Source: Podarcis vaucheri
Lineage: Eukaryota
Reading direction: 5' to 3' (one strand)
Length of the DNA stretch: 64,000 bases
NCBI GenBank assembly: GCA_965113315.1
Contig: OZ220368.1
How positions within the stretch are numbered: position 1 is the first letter of the stretch; each line of letters opens with the position of its first letter. Positions 12,303 through 24,010 of this stretch are shown here, one piece after another. The translations under genes and the position numbers were made by a program. The notes beneath the pieces were generated by a model. That model was not told where the DNA came from and did not search any database. It worked only from the letters and a program-made list of their open reading frames with translations.

Positions 12303-12434
12303 ATGGCGCCTGCTGTTTCCAGTGGACTGCAACACACAATAGAAGAAAGGATAGTTAACTATAAGGCAGCTATACTCAACGCAAAGGAAGCCGGCGAGAG
12401 TTCCAAAGTGCGACGGTATGAACGGGGCCTGAAG
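12303..12434 (+). CDS. CC2D1B: CC2D1B coding exon 5, DM14 repeat 1 (LQHTIEERIVNYKAAILNAKEAGESSKVRRYERGLK)
   Basis: DM14 signature; rare GAG acceptor after a long pyrimidine tract; gtatgt donor. Confidence 0.9.
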
Positions 12435-13760
12435 GTATGTTGGGACCACAGATTCTCATCCTTTTAGCAGAGAAGGAAAAATGCTGTTCAAAACAGGCTA
12501 TGAGTATCAGCCATTAATTCAGTGCAAAGATGTATGCAGGAAAGAACAGAGGCGTAGCATTCATTTTTTCACTTTTGTAAATGAGTCCTAGTCTTGTTCT
12601 GTCTAAAATCTTTGTATAGACAGAATTGTCTAGGTTAAATTAAAGATTCATTAATGTCTCTTTAGTATGGTATCATGACGGTAATCTGGATGAGGTTCTC
12701 TCGTTTTTTAAACTGCTTTAGTAGGTGGGAGTTTTAATTGAGGCTATTTTATCTTCTCCAGATTTGTTGCTGTTACTGTTGTTGTAATTGTAATCATTAC
12801 AGTTTCATACACTAGCACTCATTCCCAAACAGGAGTTCATTCAAATGGAAACTTTTCTTACAGACTCTAGATATTAGAGATAGCTACCATATAACACACA
12901 AAATAGAACTGATTTTAAAAGCTATTGGCTCCAGTGGGCAGGGTATTTATGTTTAGGGAAAATTAGGTGAAATCTTGTATTCAATAAATACCTGGAGGCA
13001 GGGAAAAAGCTAAATATTGGTCTTGCAGGCTTAGTTATTGGTAGAATTGAAGATTCAACAGGATCTGTGAGGATTTTCAGCTAGAGGTCACTAATTGAAA
13101 TGTGTAGCATTTCTACATTAGGGATTTTTTGTTGCAGTTGGGGTTTTCTAGTCACTTGGTTGGATGGACATTATTTTGTGTGTTGATTTTCTGTGCCTGT
13201 GCTTCAGAAGAAAGCAGAAATGTTCATTTATTTATCATTAAGACTTGAAATTCAGCAAAATGGGTACAATTTCTCTTCCTCTTTTGATGCATGGGTACTG
13301 CATTTTCCCATATAGTTTAGAGTCGCGTTGTTGAGTCTTTGCACAGTCCAGTGGAAGAGGAATTGCAAAGCTTTATAGCGCTACAGCTCCCATCATCCAT
13401 GACACTGGCCATGCTGGTTGGAACTGATGGAAGTTGTAACCCAGAATATGACAGAGTTTTATCATTTGGGGGGGGGGGTTGGGAGTGTTTCACTGATCTC
13501 GGAGCATTGCAAAATGCTGCTGTTCCCAAGAAGGCTGTAGAGTGTGAGATTACAGGCACATAAGAGGTCCCAGGTATAGTCTGAAGGTACATGAGGCCAT
13601 CATCTTGCCATAGCTAAACTGATCTGGACGTGTTGAGCACCTGGATGGGAGACTACATGGGTCAACAAATGAAAGACACAGCTTGATTGGAATGATCATA
13701 TAGGGGATAAGTATTTAATATATGCTGGATAATTGAAATTGTTACTCAATCCACTACTAG

Positions 13761-14067
13761 GCATTGGAAACCATGCTGACTGCAGTGAAGAAAGGGAAAA
13801 AAGTGAATGAGGAAGAAATGCCACCACCTGTAGCATCTGGGAAGAGCTCTGTCACAACTCCACAAGCCATGCCTTTGAATGACTTGCCTAAAAACTCAGG
13901 CAGCCAAGATGAAATAACTGTTCCTGAAGGGGAGGAAAATGAGGGCTCTACTACAGACCATGAATTACAGAACCCTAGCAATCCGGAGCTATCTGTGAGC
14001 ACACCTGATCTCCAGAGCCAGGATGCAGATTCAGGTGTTCTGGGAACAAGTAGCACTTCTGAAAACA
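13761..14067 (+). CDS. CC2D1B: CC2D1B coding exon 6 (ALETMLTAVKKGKKVNEEEMPPPVASGK + acidic linker)
   Basis: ctag acceptor, A|gtaagt donor, phase 0-1. Confidence 0.88.
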
Positions 14068-14272
14068 GTAAGTAGTTTGAGTGTGGCCCTTTCCCCTGCA
14101 GCATCCCTATTCTGCATATGCACAAAAAAGTGCCACTTTCCTGCTTGTTTCTTCCATAGGGTGGATGGGTGGTGGGCCCAGGTGCCTAAGGAACTATGGT
14201 CCTCATGGTGTTTATAGCAGATGTTTTATTGGCTATATAGTAGGTGTTTTTATGTTGTGTTGTCTTGTTCAG

Positions 14273-14397
14273 ATTCCCCAGACCTTGGCACACGAGCACT
14301 GCTTGTGACAAGAGAGAAGGAGTACAAACTAGCAGCGCTCAAAGCCAAACAGAAAGGCGATCTTGAGAAGGCAAAAGAGTACATGAGGACTGGGAAG
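14273..14397 (+). CDS. CC2D1B: CC2D1B coding exon 7, DM14 repeat 2 (REKEYKLAALKAKQKGDLEKAKEYMRTGK)
   Basis: ttcag acceptor, gtgagg donor, phase 1-0. Confidence 0.92.
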
Positions 14398-14500
14398 GTG
14401 AGGCGTCATTATTTCAAGCTAAAGCAGGTTTCTGCAAACCATAATTGGTGCTGATGATCTTGAGAATTCTCTAGAATATTTCTTTTTTTGTGCGTAAACG

Positions 14501-14748
14501 TATATGTTACTTTCACCGTGGGGATTTGCATCCCCATTGCAAACTTCCAGCCCCAGGCATATATGAGTTGGAGCCACGGCATATTGAGTTTTCCAGCCTC
14601 TTCCAGTGGGTCACCATGGAGCTGAATTGGAAAAGAGGCAACTCAGTATAATGGCCCTGACTCATGCAGTAAATTCTGCTTTGTAATATGGCTGTGTAAT
14701 GGGGAAATCACCATGAACTAACTGATCCCATGGTAAATGTAACATATA
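14501..14748. mobile_element. Degenerate palindromic MITE, family unassigned
   Basis: TATATGTTAC..CCGTGGGGAT / ATCCCATGG..GTAACATATA ends and inner pairing ATGAGTT..GCCA..ATATTGAGTT / AACTCAGTAT..TGGC..ACTCAT. Confidence 0.5.
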
Positions 14749-15129
14749 GACCAGCTCCCTGTTCCTTTCTTTTTAGAGTGAAAGTCACAATTCTCTAGCT
14801 TTCTTGTGTCAGGAAATCTAAAGCAGAATTGCACTAAGAAAATCTACATTCTTTGACCAGATAAATAAATCTATGCAAGTTAAATACTTATAGAGATCTA
14901 AAAGAACTGTATCTACCTGCATACAAGAGTATTGAAGGGGAATGAGGTGATTTGTGCATGTGCTGGGGACTGAATGAAGGATACATCCATCAAAGAGAGA
15001 AAGTGGGGACTTGGGGTCGCAGGAGTGCATCTTGCTAACATCTGGAATCCACATCCCATCCCTTCTGACTTTTGAATCTTAAACAGAAGTTCTCTGATTC
15101 AATGCAAGTTGTTCAATGGCTAGAAATTT

Positions 15130-15425
15130 GAGAATGCCTCTCCTATGGGAGGTCCAGAGAATGGACCTTTTCTGTGTTGGCTCCCTGTTTGTGGAGTGCT
15201 CTCCTCAGGGAAGCTGGCCTGGCGCCCTCATTCCATATCTTTAGGTACCAGATGAAAACATTTCTCTATAACCAGGCCTTTGGCTGGTTAACAATCTATG
15301 TCTTTGTGGGAGGGAGGTTGTTGGTTTGTTCTTGTTTGTATTATGTGTTTTGGGTTCTTATTTTGTATTTTTATGTTGTGAACCACCCTGTGATCTTTGG
15401 ATGAATGGTGGCATACAAATGTTAA
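15130..15425 (+). mobile_element. L2-clade LINE 3' end
   Basis: FSVLAPCLWSALLREAGLAPSFHIFRYQMKTFLYNQAF C-terminal ORF2 motif; (AAT)n tail split by the MITE at 15428. Confidence 0.75.
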
Positions 15426-15427
15426 TA

Positions 15428-15789
15428 CAGTGGTACCTCGTGTTACAGACGCTTCAGGTTGGCTGGCGCGGGGGATGATGTAGCCCGGGATTCCCAAGTC
15501 GCGCGGGGCCGCAGCCAGCGGCTGTAGGTGGGGTGTGAGCCCGCAATCCCCCCCCCTTATGTCGGGAGTGGCTTTACAGAAGCTTCAGGTTACAGACGCT
15601 TCAGGTTACAGACTCCGCTAACCCAGAAATAGTACCTCGGGTTAAGAACTTTGCTTCAGGATGAGAACAGAAATCGCGCGGTGGCAGAGGGAGGCCCCAT
15701 TAGTTACAGTGGTACCTCAGGTTAAGAACAGTTTCAGGTTAAGAACAGACCTCCAGAATGAATTAAGTTCTTAACCTGAGATACCACTG
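15428..15789. mobile_element. Tigger-like MITE carrying a 113-bp GC-rich insert
   Basis: TIR CAGTGGTACCTC / GAGATACCACTG, TA TSD; sister of 15837-16077. Confidence 0.88.
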
Positions 15790-15836
15790 TAATAATAATA
15801 GTAATTTCAATTAGAGTGGGTATCTGGGATGCTGTA

Positions 15837-16077
15837 CAGTGGTACCTTGGGTTACAAATGCTTCGGGTTACAAACACTTCAGGTTACAAACTCCGCTAAC
15901 CCGGAAGTAGTACCTCGGGTTGTGAACGTTGCCCCGGGATGAGAACGGAAATCGTGCAGCTGCAGCGCGGCGGCAGTGGGAGGCCCCATTAGCGGAAGCA
16001 TGCCTCAGGTTAAGAACAGTTTTGGGTTAAGAACAGACCTCCAGAACGAATTAAGTTTGTAATCCGAGGTACCACTG
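15837..16077. mobile_element. Tigger-like MITE
   Basis: TIR CAGTGGTACCTTGG / CCGAGGTACCACTG, 5' TA. Confidence 0.88.
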
Positions 16078-16171
16078 TGTGTGTGCTAGTTCTGTGGTCA
16101 GAAGCACTATTCTGTGAACCAAGTTGAGATCAATGTCATACAGACCCTTTGGCTTTGCATTTTTGTTGTAG

Positions 16172-16247
16172 AAGTTCAGCCTGGTTCTGGAAGCACTGGA
16201 CAGTGGGCAGCCAGTAGACCTCAGGGATATGCCTCCAGCACCACAGG
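16172..16247 (+). CDS. CC2D1B: CC2D1B coding exon 8 (KFSLVLEALDSGQPVDLRDMPPAPQ)
   Basis: gtag acceptor, gtaaga donor, phase 0-1. Confidence 0.92.
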
Positions 16248-17983
16248 GTAAGAGCAAAGGAGATAAATGATCTTTCCAGTAACTAGAATACACTAAATTG
16301 CAGATAAAAGAGGAAGGTTTATCACACTGACTTCAGATATCCTGCGGTAAAAACCCTGCAAAGGATCTGTGCTGTTGTGAAACCGTCAAACTTTCATAGT
16401 TTCAGTTTTCTAATGGCATCCTGCTTTCGCTTCCAGATCATTAAAAAGAAGCAAGTGAATCTATCTAATATAATGTATTGCATGGTGATTTTTTTTCTGT
16501 CTTAAGTAACTTCGCAGTCATTTATTTTATTTTTCAAAACCAGGTATGCTCCATATTTTGAAATTGAAGTATCCTATTCTCTGTTCCCACTGATGTCTCT
16601 TTGTGTGGGGTTTTTTTTCATGCCCCCTGCATGTCTCTGCTTAAGGTTAAGTGTCTGCTGAAGGGCTATTGTGTTTCTGAGCAGTCCAAAGTGCAATATC
16701 TTGCTCCTGAGAGAATGCATTTGCTATGTACTGTTTTAGTGTTATGTGACTCCACCTTTTTTTCCCCTGGTTGCAATTACTTATAAACATCAGTTTCGTG
16801 CCCGTGCTATTACGTAAACTGAATTTTAAACTGATTTTGTTTGGGATGTTTCTACATTTCTAGGATTTGGAATTAATTAAATTAGTTGAGTGGTTGTCCC
16901 TATTTACTGAGAATTGGAACTGCTTGGACAGCTAACAAATATGTAAAGGAGTTGGAGGAAGCATTAGTGTATTTGGTAGTTATTCTAACAGTGGAATTGT
17001 GGGAGTTAGGTGTTGGTGTTCTTAGATCACAACCACACTGCAAAAACATTGATGCAAGACACAGATCCTCGTGGATTTCCGTAATTTCCAAATAGGGTGA
17101 CAACAAAACCGCTAACAAATCACAGAATCCTTCTGTGAATACAGAGGTGATCTATGATTTGGTGGTGGATTTGAAGGAATTCATGTTAAAAAATATGAGG
17201 CCCCATTAGAATCCATACCTGGGATCAAAGCTTTTGTGCCACAACACTGAAAAGTTGTTTGTTTGTTTTTAATGCTTCAGTTGTGACATGGGTGGGAACC
17301 TGTGAAAAGGTTATGCAATTTCAAGAGGTTCTATTTTACGGGATCCAGTGTGTCAGGCTTATCCCTCTCTCTCTCCCCCCATCTTCCCCTCTATTACTCC
17401 ACGCTCCCTTTGTCTCTCTGGCATGCCATTTCTTTTCCTCCTCCTTCCCTTCTCTCTCCTGTGGCACCCCATTTTATCTTGCCTAGCAGCTTAATTTTTT
17501 CTCCCTATTCTCCCAGCTTACTCACCTATGTTTCTCCTATCCTCTCAGTTGCTCTGCTTTCTGTTCAGCTGCTTTAGGTGCTAACCTGTGCCTTGAAAAG
17601 CACATAGAGCTGAAAGAAGCAGTAGGGACAACTTCTCTTCAAATTTCCTCCTTCATCACTTTGTACTTCTCAAGAGAGGGAAAGGTAACCCCCCTCGCCA
17701 CCACATGATCATGGCAGTGATGGGTGGAGGGTTCTAGAGGTTTTGTGGGTGCTGGGGAAAGTATTCAGCAGTGCCATTGTGCCTGTGGGTGGCAGGCTGG
17801 CAACCCCAGACTTGGAGCGACATTTGTTCCTATTGGAAAAAACAGCTTCTCTTTACAGTACCAAATTTTATTTGGCTCTTGTTGAATTATGTTGCAACTG
17901 TAGTGAAGAATTTGTATCTCTACGCTTCCGTGCCTTTTATAAAATGCATTAAATCCTTTTCCCTTGACACCCACATTTTTCAG

Positions 17984-18079
17984 ACCTTGAAAGTCCAGAA
18001 ATGTTACAGCTTCCCTCAAAACAGGCACCATCTGTAGCTGTGGAAACCACCCTTCCTGTGACAACACCAGGCAGTCAAG
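17984..18079 (+). CDS. CC2D1B: CC2D1B coding exon 9 (linker LESPEMLQLPSKQAPSV...)
   Basis: tttcag acceptor, gtaata donor, phase 1-1, open frame. Confidence 0.8.
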
Positions 18080-18655
18080 GTAATAAAGCTTCAGATAAGA
18101 TGTGTTTTAAAGCAAAGCCTCTTGTGAGGTGTATTATATAGATTAGAAACTCAGATCATACAGTGTAATAGGTATGACCAGCATTTCTAATCTATATAAG
18201 TGCAGCCTGTGAAATTGTAGCACAGAATTGGAGAAACTGAGAAATACCTAGATTGGACGACTGGTTACTTAAAATTTGGCACATCACTTCAATAGTCAAA
18301 TTAACAAATATTAATTAGGTTCAGGTAACAAATTAGGTAACAGACATTAATTAGGCAAACTAGACAGAGCAGCAATACTTCTGCTGAAAAATGAAGCTTA
18401 TCCATCACTTATTGGACTGACAGAACACGAAACAATGTTCATCTATATATGCTTTTGGTAGATACGGCATCAGTCATATGCTTGGGTGAAATTTAATGGT
18501 AAATTTTGTAAAAATTAATGGCAATTTGCAATTCTGATTTTTGAATAAGTATAAAATCAAATGAGTAAACGGTTAATTTTTAATAAGCAAGCAAGCAAGC
18601 AACACTATGGTAATATATACATATACAGTATATCTAGGTTACAACTTTTTGGTAG

Positions 18656-18861
18656 TAGTTACAGATGGGTAGCCGTGTTGGTCTGCCATAGTCAAAATAA
18701 AAAAAATTCTTCCTGTAGCACCTTAAAGACCAACTAAGTTAGTTCTTGGTATAAGCTTTCGTGTGCATGCACACTTAGAAGTGTGCATGCACACGAAAGC
18801 TTATACCAAGAACTAACTTAGTTGGTCTTTAAGGTGCTACAGGAAGAAATTTTTTTATTTT
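18656..18861. mobile_element. Penelope-like element fragment arranged as an inverted repeat
   Basis: 83-bp arms 18694-18776 / 18779-18861; 13-bp direct repeat AACTTTTTGGTAG at 18643-18655 and 18862-18874. Confidence 0.8.
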
Positions 18862-18983
18862 AACTTTTTGGTAGGTTATACATATGAAAAAGGCGGGGAA
18901 TGATCTTAAATTGATGGACCATAGTTTCTTCTTTGAAATATTCCAATTATATACATATATATAGTCTTAAGTATGCAGATATT

Positions 18984-19112
18984 NNNNNNNNNNNNNNNNN
19001 NNNNNNNNNNNNNNNNNNNNNNNNNNNNNNNNNNNNNNNNNNNNNNNNNNNNNNNNNNNNNNNNNNNNNNNNNNNNNNNNNNNNNNNNNNNNNNNNNNNN
19101 NNNNNNNNNNNN
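18984..19112. other. Assembly gap (129 N)
   Basis: Run of N. Confidence 1.
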
Positions 19113-19463
19113 TCCATATATTGCAACATACACCTTTCAGACAAGAATAAAGTGTGTCTTTCTTTGAGAGACACAAACACCAGAAGCATTTTTTTCATTT
19201 TGTTTTTTTAATACTGTTGCATCTGTTCATGTCGATGGGAAAAGGAGAAAATGGGTTAAAGCACCGATGGGGGAACCACTGACCCTCCAGAAGGTGTTGG
19301 GCTCCAGCTCCAACCAGTGTGGTCAGTGTTAAAGGATAGTAGGAGTTGTGGTCCAGCGACACCTGGAAGATGAGACGCTGTCCTCCCTTAGGTCAAAGTG
19401 CGAGAAGCAGGTGCCTATATGGTGGCTGAGCTCATATGATACATTCTTTGGATGCTTTTAAAG

Positions 19464-19594
19464 GTCCCTTGCCTCAGCCAAAAACAGTGATGGAGGCTTT
19501 GCAGCAGAGGATGGAGAAATACAAAGCAGCAGCCGCTCAAGCCAAAGCAAATGGAGATGATCGGAAGAGCAGGATGCACGAGAGGATAGCCAAG
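19464..19594 (+). CDS. CC2D1B: CC2D1B coding exon 10, DM14 repeat 3 (PKTVMEALQQRMEKYKAAAAQAK...RMHERIAK)
   Basis: aag acceptor, gtaaag donor, phase 1-0. Confidence 0.92.
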
Positions 19595-19704
19595 GTAAAG
19601 AAGAAGAAGCTGTGTGTGCTACCACAAAAGTCCCTTGGTTGTAATCATTTTATTGTGAGCCTCTGCTGTGATATAGCAGCAGTGAGAGGATCTGCTCCTG
19701 TTTG

Positions 19705-20056
19705 AGCCTATTACACCAATCCGGACCTGACTGCATTGGCTACCAATTAGTTTCCAGGCCCATTTCAAAGTGCTGACTTTGACCTATAAAGCCTTAAACT
19801 GCTCAGGACCATGATAATTTAAAAGCCTCTCACCATATGAGCCAACCTGGACCTTATGATTGTCATCTGAGGCCCCTCTACAGGAGGTCTGGAGGGTGGC
19901 AACATGAGAACGGGCCTTTTCTGTGGTGACTCCCTGCTTTTGGAATGTTTTCCCCAGGGAGGCTCGCCTGGCGCCTTCATTACATATCTTGGGGAGCCAG
20001 GGGAAAACATTTCTCTATAAACAGGCAGTATACAAATTTGATAAATAAAAATAATA
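19705..20056 (+). mobile_element. L2-clade LINE 3' fragment
   Basis: LHWLPISFQAHFKVLTLTYKALN ORF2 motif followed by RAFSVVTPCFWN motif and AT-rich tail. Confidence 0.75.
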
Positions 20057-20506
20057 ATTGTTAGATTTGTGGAATGCAAGCTCGTTGGGTGGTGAATTTC
20101 TGCATCGCATATTTCACATTACACTCTGAGAATGTCATTATCAAACTTGCCCACTTTAAACTCAGAAAGACTTACTTCTGAGGAGACACATATAGAATTG
20201 CACTCTGAATAATGTTAACTATCATTTCATCACATTTACTAAGAACGTGGGGCAAATCTTTCAGAAAGCCACGTGGAGGGGTTGTTGTCTCTGTGTACTG
20301 CAAGCCCAGCAACAGATGCAATGCCTGGAGGAAGGTTTGCATTTTACTAGCTACGAAATGTTCTGCCTGGAGTGCTCTTAAAATGTTTTCTAATCCTTAT
20401 GGCATAAAGGGAAACACAACAAATGAGTGACAAACATGTATTTATCTTCCCCTCCCCACAACCTGTCACATGGTTGTATTCTCTAACCAAAATTTCTCCT
20501 TAACAG

Positions 20507-20579
20507 CAATACCAAGATGCCATAAGAGCCCATAAAGCAGGAAGGAAAGTGAATTTTGGTGAACTACCAGTTCCCCCTG
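20507..20579 (+). CDS. CC2D1B: CC2D1B coding exon 11 (QYQDAIRAHKAGRKVNFGELPVPP)
   Basis: acag acceptor, gtaagt donor, phase 0-1. Confidence 0.94.
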
Positions 20580-21221
20580 GTAAGTATGCAACACTGTCAG
20601 GGCTGTGCATTGAAATGTGAGATACCCTCGCGCAAGTGCTTTGTTCCTGGCACATTTGCCAAAAATGCTTCAGGAGACTCCCTCCTACTCTGCCTTGTCA
20701 GGAGACTGGCTTGGCTCCATGACAACACTACAGAATGTGCTATGAAACTGCTTATTGTGACTGTAAAGTTTCATGAAGTTGCACGATAACAGCACAGAGG
20801 GCCTCTTGAAGTGCAAGTTAGATTGTTGTTTTCAGCTGGTGGATTGGGACCCACTACCAGGTCATGACCCCTGAGCTAAGGTGGGTTGCAACAGCACCAT
20901 ACAACATATGACCCGTTTGAGGAGCTGACTTGTTGAAATTAACCATAATTAGCGTTAAACACAGCTCCCAGTTCACAAACAAGTTAACTAAAATCGAAAG
21001 CTTCCAAACTTCTCCTCCTCGGCCTGAATGTGTCAGTGATCCATTTTGTGGGCAGCCGCTGGAGTTCATGCTCAATAATCTCAGAACTTGTATCTTCTGA
21101 GTATAATGATAATTGTCATTTCAACTTTTTTAATCTGTAGTTCTCATAAATGTGTGTTGTGTTCATCTTCATTTATTTTTAAGGCTATCTTCTGGGTTTT
21201 TTTCTTCTCTCATCTTTTCAG

Positions 21222-21349
21222 GTTTTCCTCCAATTCCTGGACTGGCTCCTGCAGATGACAATACAGTTGCTGCCGTCCTTGAAAATGCTAACAGGCTGGT
21301 TAAAATGGAGGAGGAAGAGAATAAAGAGGAGGAGGAGGAGGAAGATGAG
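21222..21349 (+). CDS. CC2D1B: CC2D1B coding exon 12 (FPPIPGL...poly-E)
   Basis: ttcag acceptor, gtgtgt donor, phase 1-0. Confidence 0.9.
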
Positions 21350-21995
21350 GTGTGTTGCTTAAGAATCTGTTTGCTTACAGATGCAGAAGAATATTCTTAC
21401 CATTTTAAAACATAAGTTACAGCCAACTATTTCAAAAGCTGCTGCTGCTGTTGCTGTTGTTTTTTAAAAATCCTACTAACCTAGAATTACGTACACTGAA
21501 ACATTTCCAGTCACCATTTCCATTCCTTTTAACCCATCAGGTTAGTCATGTTCATGCTTTTTAATGGGTCTACTCTGAGAAGGACTAGCACTTCCCACAA
21601 CTTAGAAGCTCTGGTAGTTAAAACTGCTTATTCCCCTTAATTTCCTAATGCTAACAGCTTACTGCTCAACTGGTTAACTCACAGACTTTGTGTTGGGGTA
21701 CCTAGTAGTAGCTCATCTCCTGTTAAGCCACACTAGGACTTCAGATGATGAATCACTCTATATCCCATTTTGTTGAAGACTGCTTAGTGATTATGACTAC
21801 AGTGCTGTTATTAAGAAGTTTCTCAGCCTCTTAAGATGACTTTCTGGTCCCTTTAGCACAAAAAGGTCTCTCTTTTGCAGCACCACAGCAGATGGCTGCT
21901 GTAATGGGATCCATTTGTTTAGCATCCATCCTCATCTTGGGCCCTATATCTGAATTTCCTGCTCATTGCATTCAATTCCTTTCTGATCCCACTAG

Positions 21996-22191
21996 GGTGA
22001 GCCTTCCATACAGGCTCCAGCTCCCAAGAAGCCCACTCAGCTGCCTAAGAAGCCAGTGCAAGTTGTTCAGCCAATAACTGTGCCATCTGCTGTAATCCCG
22101 GAAGAAACCTCTCCAGAGAAAGATATTTCTCAACCCACCCCTGTAGCAGCCCCAGAGAAATCTGCATCCACTGAGCACATCTCTCCAGTTG
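21996..22191 (+). CDS. CC2D1B: CC2D1B coding exon 13 (Pro-rich linker GEPSIQAPAPKKP...)
   Basis: ctag acceptor, gtaagg donor, phase 0-1, open frame. Confidence 0.85.
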
Positions 22192-23374
22192 GTAAGGACT
22201 CAAAAGGCTGGCTGAGAGTTGTATTTATTTCATTTACATCAAGCAAGACTGAGGAAGTGATGTATTTTAGATACTTAAAGGATGTTAGTAAGGAAAAGGG
22301 GGAAACAGTTGTTCACGCTGAGGATAGAACAAGACAAAAATGATATGCAAGAAATACATTCTGTGAGGCTTAACAGATGAAGCCTTTGGGACAAAGCCCT
22401 TGTTGGCTTTTCATTTTCTGAGCTGTGAAATGCTGTGTTTGGAGTGCTCGTAAGATGTTAACAAGCCCTTGCAGTAGAATAGAAAGGTATGTAGAATCTG
22501 GACAGCAAATGAGTGACTAATACAGATTCCTATTCTGACCCAAATTATCCACTTAAATGTGCACATAACAGACAGATCCCCTGCTGTAATCAAGATAACT
22601 ACCAGGGCACTGCTACTTGCACTAGTTCAAGCTAGTCAGTGTTTTGTCTTCCTCCTAAGCAGTTCAATGACACACGCTTGACAGTGTTCCGTGGAGACAT
22701 GCCACACATTTGCACAGCTTGGATGCAGATGGCAAGCTTGCATTTGAGAAAACAGGACTACCTCTTGGCTAGGTCTGTTTTTTTCTCTTACTTTAAGGAG
22801 CCTGGAAGAGATGGTGCGTGCCCTCTGGAAAGGACACCATAAAGATACCTGACAGGCTTAGTGAAAGTTCTTGCCTCCCTGAGAAGTGTCCTTTCTGCCC
22901 CTCTTTTTTCATGTCCTCCCCCACTCCTTGCAAATGTTGAGCTCCCACACACAGTTCAAGTATTCCGTCTGAGTCAAAGCCTGGCAAGCAAGGCTTTATC
23001 TAATGGATGTGGCTGTGGATGACTGCGCAGATTGCGCACAGGAGACGCTACGGTGTGAGGGTGGAAATAAATAGAAGCCACTGCCACACATTTCTTTCTG
23101 CACCATTACTGCCTATTCTGTGTGTCCCTGGGATGAGAAAACCTTCTGTTTCTTTCATACAGCCTTGCGTGCCGAGTGGGAATACAGCTAAGCAGGAAAT
23201 AGCTTTCTATAGGTGTTACTATTAGTATATCAAGCCCTTAATAACTTGGGACCAGTTTACCTGCAAGATCGCTTTACCCCCCTATATTGCCCACTCGACT
23301 TCAGTCTGCAGAACTGGCACTGTTACAAGCAACAACTGTTGCCCATTTCACATTTGTGAGAAATGAATCTGATA

Positions 23375-23666
23375 CGGTCTTAGCACCAACACACTGGAAC
23401 TCCCTGCCTTTGACATCAGGCAGGCAGCTTCGCTGTAGCTTTTATGACGCCTGCTAAAAAACATTCTTGTTTAGATGAGCTGACCCAAATGTGTAGAAGG
23501 TGGATGCATGTTTTAATATCTTTTGGGTTTACTGCTGAATTTATTCCTTTAATGTTTAAATTAGTTGTTTTTACCGGTAATTGTATTGTTTATCCTCGTC
23601 GTAAACTGCTTTGAGGGTGTGTGTTTTTTTAACAGTCAAGCGGTTTATAAATTTATAAATAAATAA
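23375..23666 (+). mobile_element. L2-clade LINE 3' end
   Basis: APTHWNSLP...LLKNIL remnant, GTAAACTGCTTTGAG...AAGCGGTTTATAAAT tail; similar to 3605-3900. Confidence 0.65.
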
Positions 23667-23681
23667 TTTCCTCCAATAGCA

Positions 23682-24010
23682 CAGGCACGCTTTGTTTATT
23701 GCGCTTCTCACAGATTGCGAGGACGCAGGTGCAGCTGCAAGCAGCCTGTCTGCTTCCAGGGGAAGGAAGCCCTGCCGCTGTCCCCACCTCCCCCTTCTGG
23801 CCATAGGAGTGGAGCTGGCGAGGGTTGGAGGTGGGCTTTTCCCCTCCCGCCCCTGCAGCCAGTGGGGGAGCCTGGTTCAATAGACTATATATAGTGCAAG
23901 CATAATTTTTATATGCAGTGGGGAACGAAAATGTTTACGTAACTCGGTTTATTGCAATATTCACTTTATTGCAGTGGTCTGGAACCGAGCCTGCAATATC
24001 TCCAAATCTG
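23682..24010 (+). mobile_element. Tigger1-like internally deleted element with GC-rich filler
   Basis: 5' CAGGCA..TTTATTGCGCTTC..CAGATTGCG and 3' TTTATTGCAATATTCACTTTATTGCAGTGGTCTGGAACCGAGCCTGCAATATCTCC resemble Tigger1 termini as I recall them. Confidence 0.7.

Noticed and set aside
13757-14125. 122-aa antisense ORF
   Set aside because: Shadow ORF of CC2D1B coding exon 6
18906-19211. ORFs containing X runs
   Set aside because: Artefacts of translating the N gap
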